Shown piece by piece: positions 40,813-50,736 of a stretch of DNA of 64,000 bases. Source of the DNA: Bdellovibrionota bacterium. Lineage in GTDB: Bacteria; Bdellovibrionota_C; UBA2361; JAAYZI01. The DNA is taken from assembly GCA_050950765.1 (NCBI GenBank), contig JBMNIF010000003.1, positions 544,001 to 608,000 of the forward strand, in the 5' to 3' direction. The position numbers and the translations under genes were made by a program. How positions within the stretch are numbered: the stretch's first letter is position 1; every line of letters starts with the position of its first letter. A model generated the notes under the pieces. That model made no database searches, was not told the origin of the DNA, and saw only the letters and a list, made by a program, of their open reading frames with translations.

Positions 40813-41622
40813 TTAGAGTGAAGCAGCTAGAGATAGCACTCTTTCATCGCCACTTACCGTTATTAACGCCGTAGGGTGATACGGTGAAGCACACAGGCAG
40901 GTCTCTAAAAGAGAGAGGTCGATCTCTGCTGCTAAAGCAGATCGTACCGTAGCGTGTGTATTACTGTTTTCACTAATATGACCAAGTACTAAATGTTTTA
41001 ATCCCTCGTGAAAAACCTCACTTACTAAAGCTACTGCATTAGCATTACTTAAATGTCCATGATTAGAGGCGATGCGTTGTTTTAAATTCCACGGATAATC
41101 ACACCCCCACAACAATTTTTCATCATGATTAAACTCTAAGATAAGAGCATTACAATCTTGGCAGACACTCCGCACTAACGTTGTAACCTTTCCCAAGTCC
41201 GTAACATAGACAAGTTTTGAATGGTTATAACGAACATCAAAACCCACAGGTTCAGCAGCATCATGCGAAATAGCAAAAGGCTGAATTGAAAGCTCCCCAA
41301 AGTTAAGCGCATGCCCTGTTTTAAAGATCTGAGTTGAAAGACCATCTAAAGTTCCAAACGCATCCAACGCTGCCGCCGTTCCAGCATTCGCATAAACAGG
41401 GATTTTAAATTTCTTACAGAAAACCCGAATTCCCGCCGTATGGTCTCGATGCTCATGCGTAAGAAAAACCCCAAAAAGTGAAGATGGATCCACCCCAACA
41501 CCTTCCAGCCGTCGAACAGTTTCCCTTGCCGAAAGCCCGCAATCAATCAAAAAATTCCCAGCAGCGCTCTGCACCACAGTACAGTTAGCTTTACTGCCAC
41601 TTGCTAGAACCGCAAACTGCAT
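40813..41622 (-). CDS. MBL-fold hydrolase (YycJ/WalJ-like)
   Basis: LASGSKAN, LIDCGLS, THEHRDH, SHDAAEPVGF, TDLG, EFNHD, GHLSN, GHISENSN. Confidence 0.92.
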   Translation of the reverse strand: MQFAVLASGSKANCTVVQSAAGNFLIDCGLSARETVRRLEGVGVDPSSLFGVFLTHEHRDHTAGIRVFCKKFKIPVYANAGTAAALDAFGTLDGLSTQIFKTGHALNFGELSIQPFAISHDAAEPVGFDVRYNHSKLVYVTDLGKVTTLVRSVCQDCNALILEFNHDEKLLWGCDYPWNLKQRIASNHGHLSNANAVALVSEVFHEGLKHLVLGHISENSNTHATVRSALAAEIDLSLLETCLCASPYHPTALITVSGDERVLSLAASL

Positions 41623-41708
41623 ATCACCCTTTATTAAATCCTCAACACCACTACTCCCAGCAGTGTAACGAATCATCTTACTAAATGCTAGCCGTCAAAT
41701 TGCAGAGA

Positions 41709-41866
41709 TTTTTTACCTTCGTCCAGATCTAGCTAATTCGTTTCTTAATTAGAGCCCGTTTTGCTGTCATTGAAGGATCTGGAAAAGTTTTTTACCTCCG
41801 TCTAGATCTAACCAATTCATTTTTTAGTTAGAGCCCGTTTTGCTGTTATTAAAGGGGATAGAAAAT
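41709..41866 (+). repeat. Two tandem ~79-bp units of the dispersed repeat family
   Basis: TTTTACCTYCGTCYAGATCTARCYAATTC...AGAGCCCGTTTTGCTGT twice. Confidence 0.85.
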
Positions 41867-42586
41867 TTACTTCCCTGCTAACCTCGCCATCATCAATAAA
41901 CTTTTTGCATTGGCAATAGTGTTTGCAAATACACAGGCGGCAAGAATATTAGTTTTTAATTCTGCATTACAGTTGGCGTTAAAACGTGCGTTCTTAATAA
42001 ATTCATCTCCAGGTAATTCCATCAGATTAAACATCAATGAAACACTTGAAAAACTTGAAGAAGGCGTGGGGGGGTGACTCTCTCCAACTTTTTCAATCCT
42101 GCCATCTAACGATGCTACCCAAAAATCAACATAGGCATAAGTTTCACCCGTATTTTTTAAAGTGTTAATTGCACCTTGAAGGTGTTCCCCAAGTATCCCG
42201 TCACGTAATAAAACTTGTATATTGTAAAAAATGGTGCGTTCATTTTCCAGATTCTTGGCAACAGCAGCGAATCTTTCTAACGGATTCCCAGTATTGCGTC
42301 TTACAATTGCCGCCAACTTCGGTGCTGCAATCTTATGCAAAAGAGCACCTTCCATCGTAACAACACCAGTACGAAGTAGAGATAAGAAAGAAACATTAAC
42401 TCCAGCAGATGTGCTTTGAGTGCAAAGAACTAATCGAAAATTACCGGATGCCGACGCTAAGACATCACCTTGCTGAACAGAATCAAGGGTCGTAACAGGA
42501 GCAATGCGGGTAAGGAGCTCTTGCCCACGAGCAAACTGCTCACTTGCCCATTTTAAAGAAGCATCTTTTCCCCCTAAATTATTCAC
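41867..42586 (-). CDS. Orphan hypothetical protein between repeat clusters
   Basis: 239-aa ORF, GTG start behind GGGGGAAGG. Confidence 0.6.
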   Translation of the reverse strand: MNNLGGKDASLKWASEQFARGQELLTRIAPVTTLDSVQQGDVLASASGNFRLVLCTQSTSAGVNVSFLSLLRTGVVTMEGALLHKIAAPKLAAIVRRNTGNPLERFAAVAKNLENERTIFYNIQVLLRDGILGEHLQGAINTLKNTGETYAYVDFWVASLDGRIEKVGESHPPTPSSSFSSVSLMFNLMELPGDEFIKNARFNANCNAELKTNILAACVFANTIANAKSLLMMARLAGK

Positions 42587-42780
42587 GCCTTCCCCCGACT
42601 CTCAGATGCGATCACTTAGATAAAGACTTCCCGCTCTATATCACCATTTAAGTAACCTATCTTCCCTTTCGACACACCAACAGATCTCCTTTAGTAAATA
42701 TTATGAATAATTAGGTTATAACTGAACCATAACGCTGTTTTAGTTTTTAGCCCCCATCCCCAAAGAGGGGAGAAAAAGGA

Positions 42781-44155
42781 TCGTCCCTAAAGGGTGGCAC
42801 CATTTTGACCCCCGTGAAAACCTAACCAACTTGTTTTTTAATATCAGCCCGCTCAATCGTCCCTAAAGGGTGGCACCATTTTAACCTCCGTAAAGATCTA
42901 GCCGACCCCGCTCTGCAAGTTGCAGCCCGTTCCGCCGTCCTTGAAGGGTGGCACCAGTTTTAGCCCGTCTCACTGGTGGGTGGCACCAGATCTGCCAAAT
43001 TCTAAGATTTTATTAACGTACTGATATTATTAGCTATCGTTATTTTAGAGTCTTTTAGCACTGGTGGGTGGCACCAAATTTTTCTGGTGGGTGGCACCAA
43101 ATTTTTGACCCCCGTGAAAACCTAACCAACTTGTTCTGCAGTTGCAGCCCGTTCCGCCGTCCTTAAAGAGTGGCACCAAATTTTTAACCCGTCTTACTGG
43201 TGGGTGGCGGCACTGTTACTGGTGGGTGGCACCAGATCTGCCAAATTCTAAGCTTTTATTAACATACTGATATTATTAGCTATCGTTATTTTAGAGTCTT
43301 TTAGCACTGGTGGGTGGCACCAAATTTTTGACCCCCGTGAAAACCTAACCAACTTGTTCTGCAGTTGCAGCCCGTTCCGCCGTCCTTAAAGAGTGGCACC
43401 AAATTTTTAACCCGTCTTACTGGTGGGTGGCGGCACTGTTACTGGTGGGTGGCACCAGTTTAACCTCCGTAAAGATCTAGCCGACCCGCTCTGCAAGTTG
43501 CAGCCCGTTCCGCCGTCCTTGAAGGGTGGCACCAAATTTTCGGCACCGTACAGATCTAGCCGACCCCGCTCTGCAAGTTGCAGCCCGTTCCGCCGTCCCT
43601 AAAGGGTGGCACCATTTTAACCTCCGTAAAGATCTAGCCGACCCCGCTCTGCAAGTTGCAGCCCGTTCCGCCGTCCTTGAAGGGTGGCACCAGTTCTTAG
43701 CCCGTCTTACTGGTGGGTGGCACCAGATCTGCCAAATTCTAAGCTTTTATTAACATACTGATATTATTAGCTATCGTTATTTTAGAGTCTTTTAGCACTG
43801 GTGGGTGGCACCAAATTTTTAACCAAATTTTTAACCCCCACTGGTGGGTGGCACCAGTTTTTTACCACCCCATCCTATCATCCCTAAAGGGTGGCACCAG
43901 ATCTCCAAATTCTAAGCTTTTACTAACATACTAATATTATTAGCTATCATAATTTTAGAGTCTTTTAGCACTGGTGGGTGGCACCATTTTTCTAGCCGAC
44001 CCCGCTCTGCAAGTTGCAGCCCGTTCCGCCGTCCTTGAAGGGTGGCACCAGTTTTTAGCCCGTCTTACTGGTGGGTGGCACCAAATTTTCGGCACTATTA
44101 CTGGTGGGTGGCACCAGTTTTTTCACCTTTACCCCGTTCAGCCGTCACTAAAGGG
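42781..44155 (+). repeat. Mosaic tandem array of shuffled modules around a G(G/A)GTGGCACCA core (REP/BIME-like, not CRISPR)
   Basis: 22 full cores plus 2 truncated, all in one orientation; intervening modules recur. Confidence 0.93.
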
Positions 44156-44240
44156 CAACAAAAAACTGTATTTCCCACTGTGTTTAGTTTTATTAGTATG
44201 TTGTATGCTTACACTTCAGAAGAAAAACTGCGGAGAGACG

Positions 44241-44966
44241 ATGAGAGCTTTTTACTACACTTTACTGAAAAATTGTTTCTATTATAGCGCCTGTTTAGCC
44301 CTATTCTCTTGCACTGCCTGTTCTAGCAAGCCTCAACACGGCCCCGATAAACAGTTCGGCGGGACACTAGCCGGTGCAGCCAGTGGTGCCGGTACAGGTG
44401 CTATAACAGGATTCCACCTCGGAGCAGGCTCGGGTCCTGGGGCGTTGGCGGGAGCGGGGCTCGGTGCTGTCGCCGGTGGCGTGCACGGTGCCGTTAGAGA
44501 TTCTGTTGAAGAATCACTTTTAAAAACATCCGCTGAATTACAAAAAGAGCGTGAGATAGCCATAGCGCATGAGACGTTACAAGACCACTATCGCCGTCGC
44601 ATGGAGCTTCACCCCGCACGCGATATCTACCCCGCTGAATATTTTTTTGATGCAGATCAGATTAAAGTACGGTGCTCCGCTAAAGCACTAATACGAGAGA
44701 TTGCAGCACTTAATAAGAAACGGTATCCTTGGTCACGCCTCATCGTTGCAATGTACATAAAAGCTGATAACGAAAATTCAGAATATGCACAACACCTCGT
44801 AGAAGGGAGAGCCCGCGCTTTAGGGGATGCTCTCGTCAGAGCAGGTCTGGAGCCGCGCCGCATTGAAACGCGCGCCGTTATTGTACCAGCTCCGATCTTA
44901 ATTGATCCGCTAGACGCTCCCGATCGTTATAATCAGGCGGTAGAATTAATCCCTGTTGATCGCTAA
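44241..44966 (+). CDS. Glycine-zipper lipoprotein with degenerate OmpA-like C-terminus
   Basis: ATG 44241; SCTAC lipobox-like; GAASGAGTGA...GAGLGAVAGG; LVEGRARALGDALVRAGLEPRRI. Confidence 0.7.
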   Translation: MRAFYYTLLKNCFYYSACLALFSCTACSSKPQHGPDKQFGGTLAGAASGAGTGAITGFHLGAGSGPGALAGAGLGAVAGGVHGAVRDSVEESLLKTSAELQKEREIAIAHETLQDHYRRRMELHPARDIYPAEYFFDADQIKVRCSAKALIREIAALNKKRYPWSRLIVAMYIKADNENSEYAQHLVEGRARALGDALVRAGLEPRRIETRAVIVPAPILIDPLDAPDRYNQAVELIPVDR

Positions 44967-44977
44967 GGTAATATTTA

Positions 44978-45604
44978 ATGAATCAAGACAAAGCAATACT
45001 ATTAATCGAACAGGAAGAGCAGGTCATAAAAGATGTGCGCTGTTCATTAAAGCTAATCGACATACCTCTTTTAACAGTGGCAGACCTTCCACAAGCGTTA
45101 ACATCCATAGAGGTAGAAACACCACTTTTAATCTTACTAAGATTAAAAATTGAAGACGCTACGGCTCCCGAACTCTCTTTAGCACGCGAGTTAATAACTT
45201 CTGATCACACCAAAGGTGTGCCCGTCGTTGTGCTCTGTACAGAAAGTGAAAAAGATATAATAAAACACGACCTACCTCTCTTTAGCGGCATAATAAACTT
45301 ACCGTTAGCTTTTCCAACTTTTATCAATGAGATCAGAACGTTTATTAATCAATCCCAAAAAATTGATTCCTGCATCCTCGCATCTTCCACTAATGATTCT
45401 GATTCTATCGCAGAAAAAATGCACAAAAGTGCCTCCGATCTGCATCATAATTTAGCCGTGCTTTATGGTGTTCAAGCGGCAGTATTTGATAAATTAAAAA
45501 ACGAACGAATACTTGAAACAGCTACTGAAGCAGATTTATTATTATCTATTGCAGAAGCTACAAGAATTGTCTGTGCATCATTTGATATAAATAAGATCTT
45601 ATAG
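44978..45604 (+). CDS. Atypical (pseudo-)receiver domain protein
   Basis: ILLIEQE...PLLILLR (Asp replaced)...VPVVVLCT. Confidence 0.55.
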   Translation: MNQDKAILLIEQEEQVIKDVRCSLKLIDIPLLTVADLPQALTSIEVETPLLILLRLKIEDATAPELSLARELITSDHTKGVPVVVLCTESEKDIIKHDLPLFSGIINLPLAFPTFINEIRTFINQSQKIDSCILASSTNDSDSIAEKMHKSASDLHHNLAVLYGVQAAVFDKLKNERILETATEADLLLSIAEATRIVCASFDINKIL

Positions 45605-45638
45605 ATTTATTAAAAACAGCTAGAGGGAGAAAGAAAAA

Positions 45639-45920
45639 ATGACTGAAACTGAAAATAATAAAAGCGAAACAGAAGTTAACGACATTAACACCAAAGAGGA
45701 ATTAAAAGACTTCCTTAGAAACGTTTTAGATAAAACAACTGATGGTTCAGCAGCACCTATCTACGCCGTGACTGCCATAAATTACGTTATGAACCTACCT
45801 AATATCTATGATGTGTTAGATCAAGAAAATAAAGAATTAGCACGTGATATCTGGTTGCACATTAAGCAAGCAGGTTTTCAATTAAAAGATCCGGCGATCC
45901 TTTTTGAAACACAAGATTAA
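45639..45920 (+). CDS. Small acidic hypothetical protein
   Basis: 93-aa ORF, RBS GAGGGAG. Confidence 0.65.
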   Translation: MTETENNKSETEVNDINTKEELKDFLRNVLDKTTDGSAAPIYAVTAINYVMNLPNIYDVLDQENKELARDIWLHIKQAGFQLKDPAILFETQD

Positions 45921-45936
45921 ACGCTAACACCTTAAG

Positions 45937-45975
45937 TCAGATGCAGCTCTTCATAATAATCAAAGCTGCATCTGA
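45937..45975 (+). terminator. Hairpin after 44241-45920 gene group
   Basis: TCAGATGCAGCT...AGCTGCATCTGA. Confidence 0.6.
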
Positions 45976-46075
45976 TCATACTTTCACTTTTCCTTTGAGA
46001 TTTCCTTTACCTTTAGCTCACAAAAAAAGACAGTTTTAACTTTTAAAAACTTCTACCTTCACCTTTTAAAAACTT

Positions 46076-46531
46076 CTACCTTTAACGAAACTGGTAAAGA
46101 CAGTTTTAAAAAGCCTTCGGCTTTTTAAAACTTCTTACTGAAACATCTCCTTCACTCGATCAAGGATCCCTTTAGAAGTATCAGAGTCTTCTTTCGCCTC
46201 CAACTCCTTAAGGTTCTGCAGAACCTCCTACCTTTAGCTCAGTTGGTAAAGACAGTTTTAAAAAGCCTTCGGCTTTTTAAAACTTCTTACTGAAACATCT
46301 CCTTCACTCGATCAAGGATCCCTTTAGAGGTATCAGAGTCTTCTTTCGCCTCCAACTCCTTAAGGTTCTGCAGAACCTCCTACCTTTAGCTCAGTTGGTA
46401 AAGACAGTTTTAAAAAGCCTTCGGCTTTTTAAAACTTCTTACTGAAACATCTCCTTCACTCGATCAAGGATCCCTTTAGAGGTATCAGAGTCTTCTTTCG
46501 CCTCCAACTCCTTAAGGTTCTGCAGAACCTC
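46076..46531 (-). repeat. 152-bp tandem repeat: last 31 codons of dnaJ plus palindromic terminator, three copies
   Basis: 93-bp dnaJ end at 46135-46227, 46287-46379 and 46439-46531; each next to GTTTTAAAAAGCCTTCGGCTTTTTAAAAC. Confidence 0.95.
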
Positions 46532-47557
46532 TTTATATTCAGGCGAAACTTTTTGTGGAACATTAATATGGACCCGTACATTGAGGTCGCCTCTACGGTT
46601 CGTCCCTAAAATAGGCACACCTTCAGAACGTACTTTAAAAATTTTACCAGACGGCGTACCTGCTGGAACCTTTATCTTAGTTTCACCTTTTAAAGTAGGA
46701 ACATCGATCTCATCTCCCATCACAGCAGTCGCATATGAGATAGACACATTACAAAGTAGATCTGCATCATGCCTTTCAAAAACCTGATGCTCTTCTACAT
46801 TAAGAACTACATACAGATCTCCAGAGGGACCCCCTCCAACTCCAGCCTCTCCTTCCCCTGAAAGGCGTAACCTCTGCCCATTATCAACACCGGCAGGAAC
46901 AGTAACCTTAACTTTGCTCTTACGCATTTTAACACCGCCACCATCGCAACTTTGACACGGCTTAACAACGATCTCTCCTGTACCGTTACAAACTGGACAA
47001 GCTTTACTAATCGTAAAAAAGCCCTGCTGAAAACGGGTTTGCCCAGATCCACCGCAGTGTTTGCACCTTTCTTTAGCTGTTCCTGGAGCAGCACCACTTC
47101 CTTTACAATCAGGACATTGAACTTTTTTAGCTATCTCAATCTCTTTATCTGTTCCGAAAACAGCTTCTTCAAAGGTAATCTTTAAATCATACCTAAGATC
47201 ATTACCGGCTCGTCCACGTGATGAACGTCTCCCTCCAACACTTCCACCAAAAAACGAACTGAAGATATCACCGAAAAGATCTTCAAAATCAGCGAAAGCT
47301 CCAAAATCTCCTGCACCGAAACCACCACCTTGTTGGAAAGCAGCGTGCCCATACTGATCATACATCCGTCGTTTTTCAGTATCTGCTAAAACGGTATACG
47401 CTTCGGTCGCTTCCTTAAATTTCTCTTCTGCTTCTTTATTACCTGGATTCTTATCAGGATGATACTGAACAGCTAAACGACGATAAGATTTTTTTATCTC
47501 TCCTAGATCGGCATTTTTTGAAACACCAAGTACTTCGTAATAATCACGTTTTCCCAC
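46439..47557 (-). CDS. dnaJ: Chaperone DnaJ
   Basis: HPDKN J-domain, G/F region, four CxxCxGxG repeats. Confidence 0.98.
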   Translation of the reverse strand: MGKRDYYEVLGVSKNADLGEIKKSYRRLAVQYHPDKNPGNKEAEEKFKEATEAYTVLADTEKRRMYDQYGHAAFQQGGGFGAGDFGAFADFEDLFGDIFSSFFGGSVGGRRSSRGRAGNDLRYDLKITFEEAVFGTDKEIEIAKKVQCPDCKGSGAAPGTAKERCKHCGGSGQTRFQQGFFTISKACPVCNGTGEIVVKPCQSCDGGGVKMRKSKVKVTVPAGVDNGQRLRLSGEGEAGVGGGPSGDLYVVLNVEEHQVFERHDADLLCNVSISYATAVMGDEIDVPTLKGETKIKVPAGTPSGKIFKVRSEGVPILGTNRRGDLNVRVHINVPQKVSPEYKEVLQNLKELEAKEDSDTSKGILDRVKEMFQ

Positions 47558-47627
47558 AAATCACTTCCTAAAAACTCGTTGTTCGACGGAGCAGCCTCAG
47601 ATATCTGAACCTTATACATCGCAAACC

Positions 47628-47653
47628 AAAAAGGCGGACTTTTCTGTCCGCCT
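47628..47653 (-). terminator. Terminator between dnaK and dnaJ
   Basis: AGGCGGAC...GTCCGCCT with T-tract on minus strand. Confidence 0.65.
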
Positions 47654-47676
47654 CTAAAAAGACTACATCATATATA

Positions 47677-49584
47677 CTACTTTACTTCCTCAAAGTCAGC
47701 ATCTACGACATCATCTCCTGCCTTAGCATCTGCAGTCGTGGAAGAGCCTTCCGTAGCACCTGCACTACCACTCTCGCTAGCTGCCTTCTGATACATATGC
47801 TCAGCTAAGGTATGACTCGCCTTTGTTAACTCTTCTTGAGCTTTTTTCATCTCTTCAATATCACTTCCTTCAAGCGCTTTCTTAGCACGATCCAAAGCTA
47901 CATCAACCGCAGCACGATCTTCAGGATTAAGTTTATCAGAGAGATCTGCTAAACTCTTTTCACTACTATAAACCAAACTATCAAGTTGGTTCTTCATAGT
48001 GATCTCTTCTCGTTTCTTACGATCATCTTCAGCGTGCTCCTCAGCATCACGCACCATCTTCTTAATCTCTTCTTCACTCAAACCAGAGCTGGCAGTAATC
48101 TTAATCGCCTGCTCTTTACCAGTGCCGAGATCTTTAGCAGAAACCTGCACAATACCGTTTCCATCGATATCAAAAGTTACTTCAATCTGTGGTACACCTC
48201 GTGGCGCAGGCGGAATTCCAACTAACTCAAAACGTCCGAGAGTTTTATTGTCATCAGCCATTTCGCGCTCGCCTTGCAAGACGTGAATCGATACAGCTGG
48301 TTGATTATCAGAAGCTGTCGAAAAAACTTGCGACTTACGTGTCGGAATAGTTGTATTTTTTTCAATCAACTTCGTTAACACACCACCATAAGTTTCAATA
48401 CCAAGACTTAACGGAGTAACATCTAACAACAATACGTCTTTAACATCACCCTGCAAAACACCACCCTGAATAGCAGCACCAACCGCCACAGCCTCATCAG
48501 GATTAACATTCTTAGAGGGATCTTTACCGAAGATCTCTTGTACTTTTTTCTGCACAGCAGGCATACGCGTCATACCACCAACAAGGATAACTTCATCTAT
48601 GTCAGTAGCATTAATGCCAGCATCCTTAAGAGCGGTCTTACACGGAAGTACTAAACGATCAATCAGATCACCACAAAGCTGCTCCAACTTGGCACGAGTG
48701 ATCTTAATCTGCATATGTTTCGGCCCTGCCGCATCAGCCGTAATAAAGGGCAGATTAATATCTGTCTCCATCGCCGTTGAAAGCTCATGTTTGGCCTTTT
48801 CAGCGGCTTCTTTAAGTCTCTGCAAAGCTAAAGTATCTTTACGCAGATCAATTCCTTGATCTTTCTTAAACTCATCAGCTAAGTAATCAACGATCTTAAG
48901 ATCAAAGTCCTCACCACCAAGGAAGGTATCACCGTTAGTAGATTTAACTTCAAAAACACCTTCACCCAACTCAAGGATTGAGATATCAAAGGTTCCACCA
49001 CCGAGGTCAAAAACTGCAATGGTTCTCTCCCCTGTCTTATCAGCACCATAAGCAAGCGCCGCAGCCGTCGGCTCATTAATAATTCTCTTTACATTAAGAC
49101 CTGCGATGCGACCTGCATCTTTTGTTGCTTGACGTTGTGCGTCATCAAAGTAAGCGGGAACAGTAATAACAGCATCCGTTACCTTTTCTCCAAGATAATC
49201 TTCAGCAGTCTGCTTCATCTTTCCGAGAATCATGGCTGAAATCTCAGGAGAGCTCTTCCCTTCACCACCAAGCTCAACCCAAGCATCACCATTTTGAGCT
49301 TTAACGATCTCGTACGGCAATACTTTACGCGCGTTAGAAACTTCTGGAGAATCAAACTTACGACCGATTAAACGCTTAACAGCAAAAATAGTATTTTTCG
49401 GATTAGTGACAGCTTGACGCCTTGCAACCTGTCCAACCAATCTCTCACCTGACTCATTTTGAGCAACAACAGAAGGGGTTGTACGAGCACCTTCACTATT
49501 TGCGACAACCGTCGGAGTCCCTCCTTCCATAACGGCTACACAAGAATTTGTCGTTCCTAAATCAATCCCTATTATTTTTGACAT
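47677..49584 (-). CDS. dnaK: Chaperone DnaK
   Basis: [23 protein letters not shown]-terminal DADFEEVK; start ATG 49584. Confidence 0.99.
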   Translation of the reverse strand: MSKIIGIDLGTTNSCVAVMEGGTPTVVANSEGARTTPSVVAQNESGERLVGQVARRQAVTNPKNTIFAVKRLIGRKFDSPEVSNARKVLPYEIVKAQNGDAWVELGGEGKSSPEISAMILGKMKQTAEDYLGEKVTDAVITVPAYFDDAQRQATKDAGRIAGLNVKRIINEPTAAALAYGADKTGERTIAVFDLGGGTFDISILELGEGVFEVKSTNGDTFLGGEDFDLKIVDYLADEFKKDQGIDLRKDTLALQRLKEAAEKAKHELSTAMETDINLPFITADAAGPKHMQIKITRAKLEQLCGDLIDRLVLPCKTALKDAGINATDIDEVILVGGMTRMPAVQKKVQEIFGKDPSKNVNPDEAVAVGAAIQGGVLQGDVKDVLLLDVTPLSLGIETYGGVLTKLIEKNTTIPTRKSQVFSTASDNQPAVSIHVLQGEREMADDNKTLGRFELVGIPPAPRGVPQIEVTFDIDGNGIVQVSAKDLGTGKEQAIKITASSGLSEEEIKKMVRDAEEHAEDDRKKREEITMKNQLDSLVYSSEKSLADLSDKLNPEDRAAVDVALDRAKKALEGSDIEEMKKAQEELTKASHTLAEHMYQKAASESGSAGATEGSSTTADAKAGDDVVDADFEEVK

Positions 49585-49753
49585 TACTGAACTCCATTTT
49601 TTAATTTTAATTTTTAATAATACGCTAAATACCTGCAATCATTACAATTGCATAACACAAAAAACAAATTTTAATAGTTTTATCAGCTGAAAATCGTTCA
49701 AGACTCGTTTTATTCTGCCCCGAAAAGAGTCAACTTCCGCAACCGACTTGAAG

Positions 49754-49784
49754 TTAGTTAAGCATTGTTTAAGGGCTATTCAAG
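49754..49784 (-). promoter_or_regulatory. Putative RpoH (sigma32)-type promoter of dnaK
   Basis: CTTGAA-N16-CTTAACTAA. Confidence 0.65.
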
Positions 49785-49823
49785 TAATCGAAGCAGAATT
49801 TTTATGCGGTTCAATAAAAACCG

Positions 49824-50495
49824 TTACTCCTCTTCATCTGATACTTCACCCTTAGGCAATTCAGCATCTTCTAAGGATGGTTGCGGCTTTTCCTCCGCCA
49901 CAATCACTTCACCGGCACGTAGTAAACGATCTTTATAGAAATAAGCTTTCTTTAACTCGTTAACAACGACTCCCGCCTCAACGTCCTCCGTTGGAACCTT
50001 TCCTAGTGCATTTTGCTTAACGGGATCAAACACCTTTCCTAAGGCTGATTCCCCCTTAACTCCCCATTTATCCAACACATTTAGAAAGTTTTTATGGATA
50101 AGCTCCACACCAGACTTGAGATGCGCCGGATCTGCTTCTGAATGCTCTAAAGCTCGCTCTAGGTCATCCAAAACATCCACCATATCCAACAAAATTTTTT
50201 CTCCCTGATATTTGAGTAAATCACTCCGTTCTTTAACTACTCTCTTTTGATAATTTTCAAAATCAGCTAGAGATCTTAAATACTTATCTTGAGTGGCAGC
50301 ATTTTCTTGCTTTAATTTTTCGTTTTCTTCTTTTAGTTTTTTACAAGCCCAATCAGAATCAGACACCATTGATTCAACATCTCTATCCTCTGGCTCCACT
50401 ACTACCTCCTCCGTATTCAAATTTTCTGTCACTTCCCCCTCGGAAGCGTTTTGTTTATCTGCCACAACTTTTTTGTTTTTCTTTTTATTTGACAT
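49824..50495 (-). CDS. grpE: Nucleotide exchange factor GrpE
   Basis: YLRSLADFENYQKR, DDLERAL, FDP, RLLRAGEVIV; upstream of dnaK. Confidence 0.96.
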   Translation of the reverse strand: MSNKKKNKKVVADKQNASEGEVTENLNTEEVVVEPEDRDVESMVSDSDWACKKLKEENEKLKQENAATQDKYLRSLADFENYQKRVVKERSDLLKYQGEKILLDMVDVLDDLERALEHSEADPAHLKSGVELIHKNFLNVLDKWGVKGESALGKVFDPVKQNALGKVPTEDVEAGVVVNELKKAYFYKDRLLRAGEVIVAEEKPQPSLEDAELPKGEVSDEEE

Positions 50496-50736
50496 ACTTA
50501 AAATATCCTATCTTTACAAATAGTTATCACCATAACACATAAAAGCTCCTCTTCTGCAAACGAAGCTGCACGTCTGATAAAAAACAACCTTCCCCGTAAA
50601 AAAGGGGAGTTATCAACCAGACATCATAACTTGGATAAGTATGAAACTTGTATTTTGCAAAGGAAAAATACAAAAAAAAGGAAAAATCTCTATTTTTTAT
50701 CCTTTTTTAGGAGATTTTACGTTATACCTTAATAAT

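Noticed and set aside
42973..44108. Chi-site cluster (CTGGTGG)
   Set aside because: Copies read ACTGGTGG or TCTGGTGG, not E. coli GCTGGTGG; Chi is lineage-specific and the repeat explains the motif.
42781..44155. CRISPR array
   Set aside because: The constant core is only 11-17 bp, spacer lengths range from ~12 to 77 bp, spacers recur, and no cas genes are present.
43526..44240. ORFs 43526-43753, 44042-44287 and the first 89 codons of 43974-44966 (GWHQ peptide repeats)
   Set aside because: These are translations of the repeat array; sister units have frameshifting indels and stops. The lipoprotein start fits ATG 44241.
46228..46286. tRNA fragment (TAGCTCAGTTGGTAAAGAC resembles a D-arm)
   Set aside because: No anticodon arm, T-arm or acceptor stem follows; the downstream part is a terminator-like palindrome.
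49585..50640. CIRCE/HrcA operator at grpE-dnaK
   Set aside because: No TTAGCACTC-N9-GAGTGCTAA seen and no hrcA in the window.
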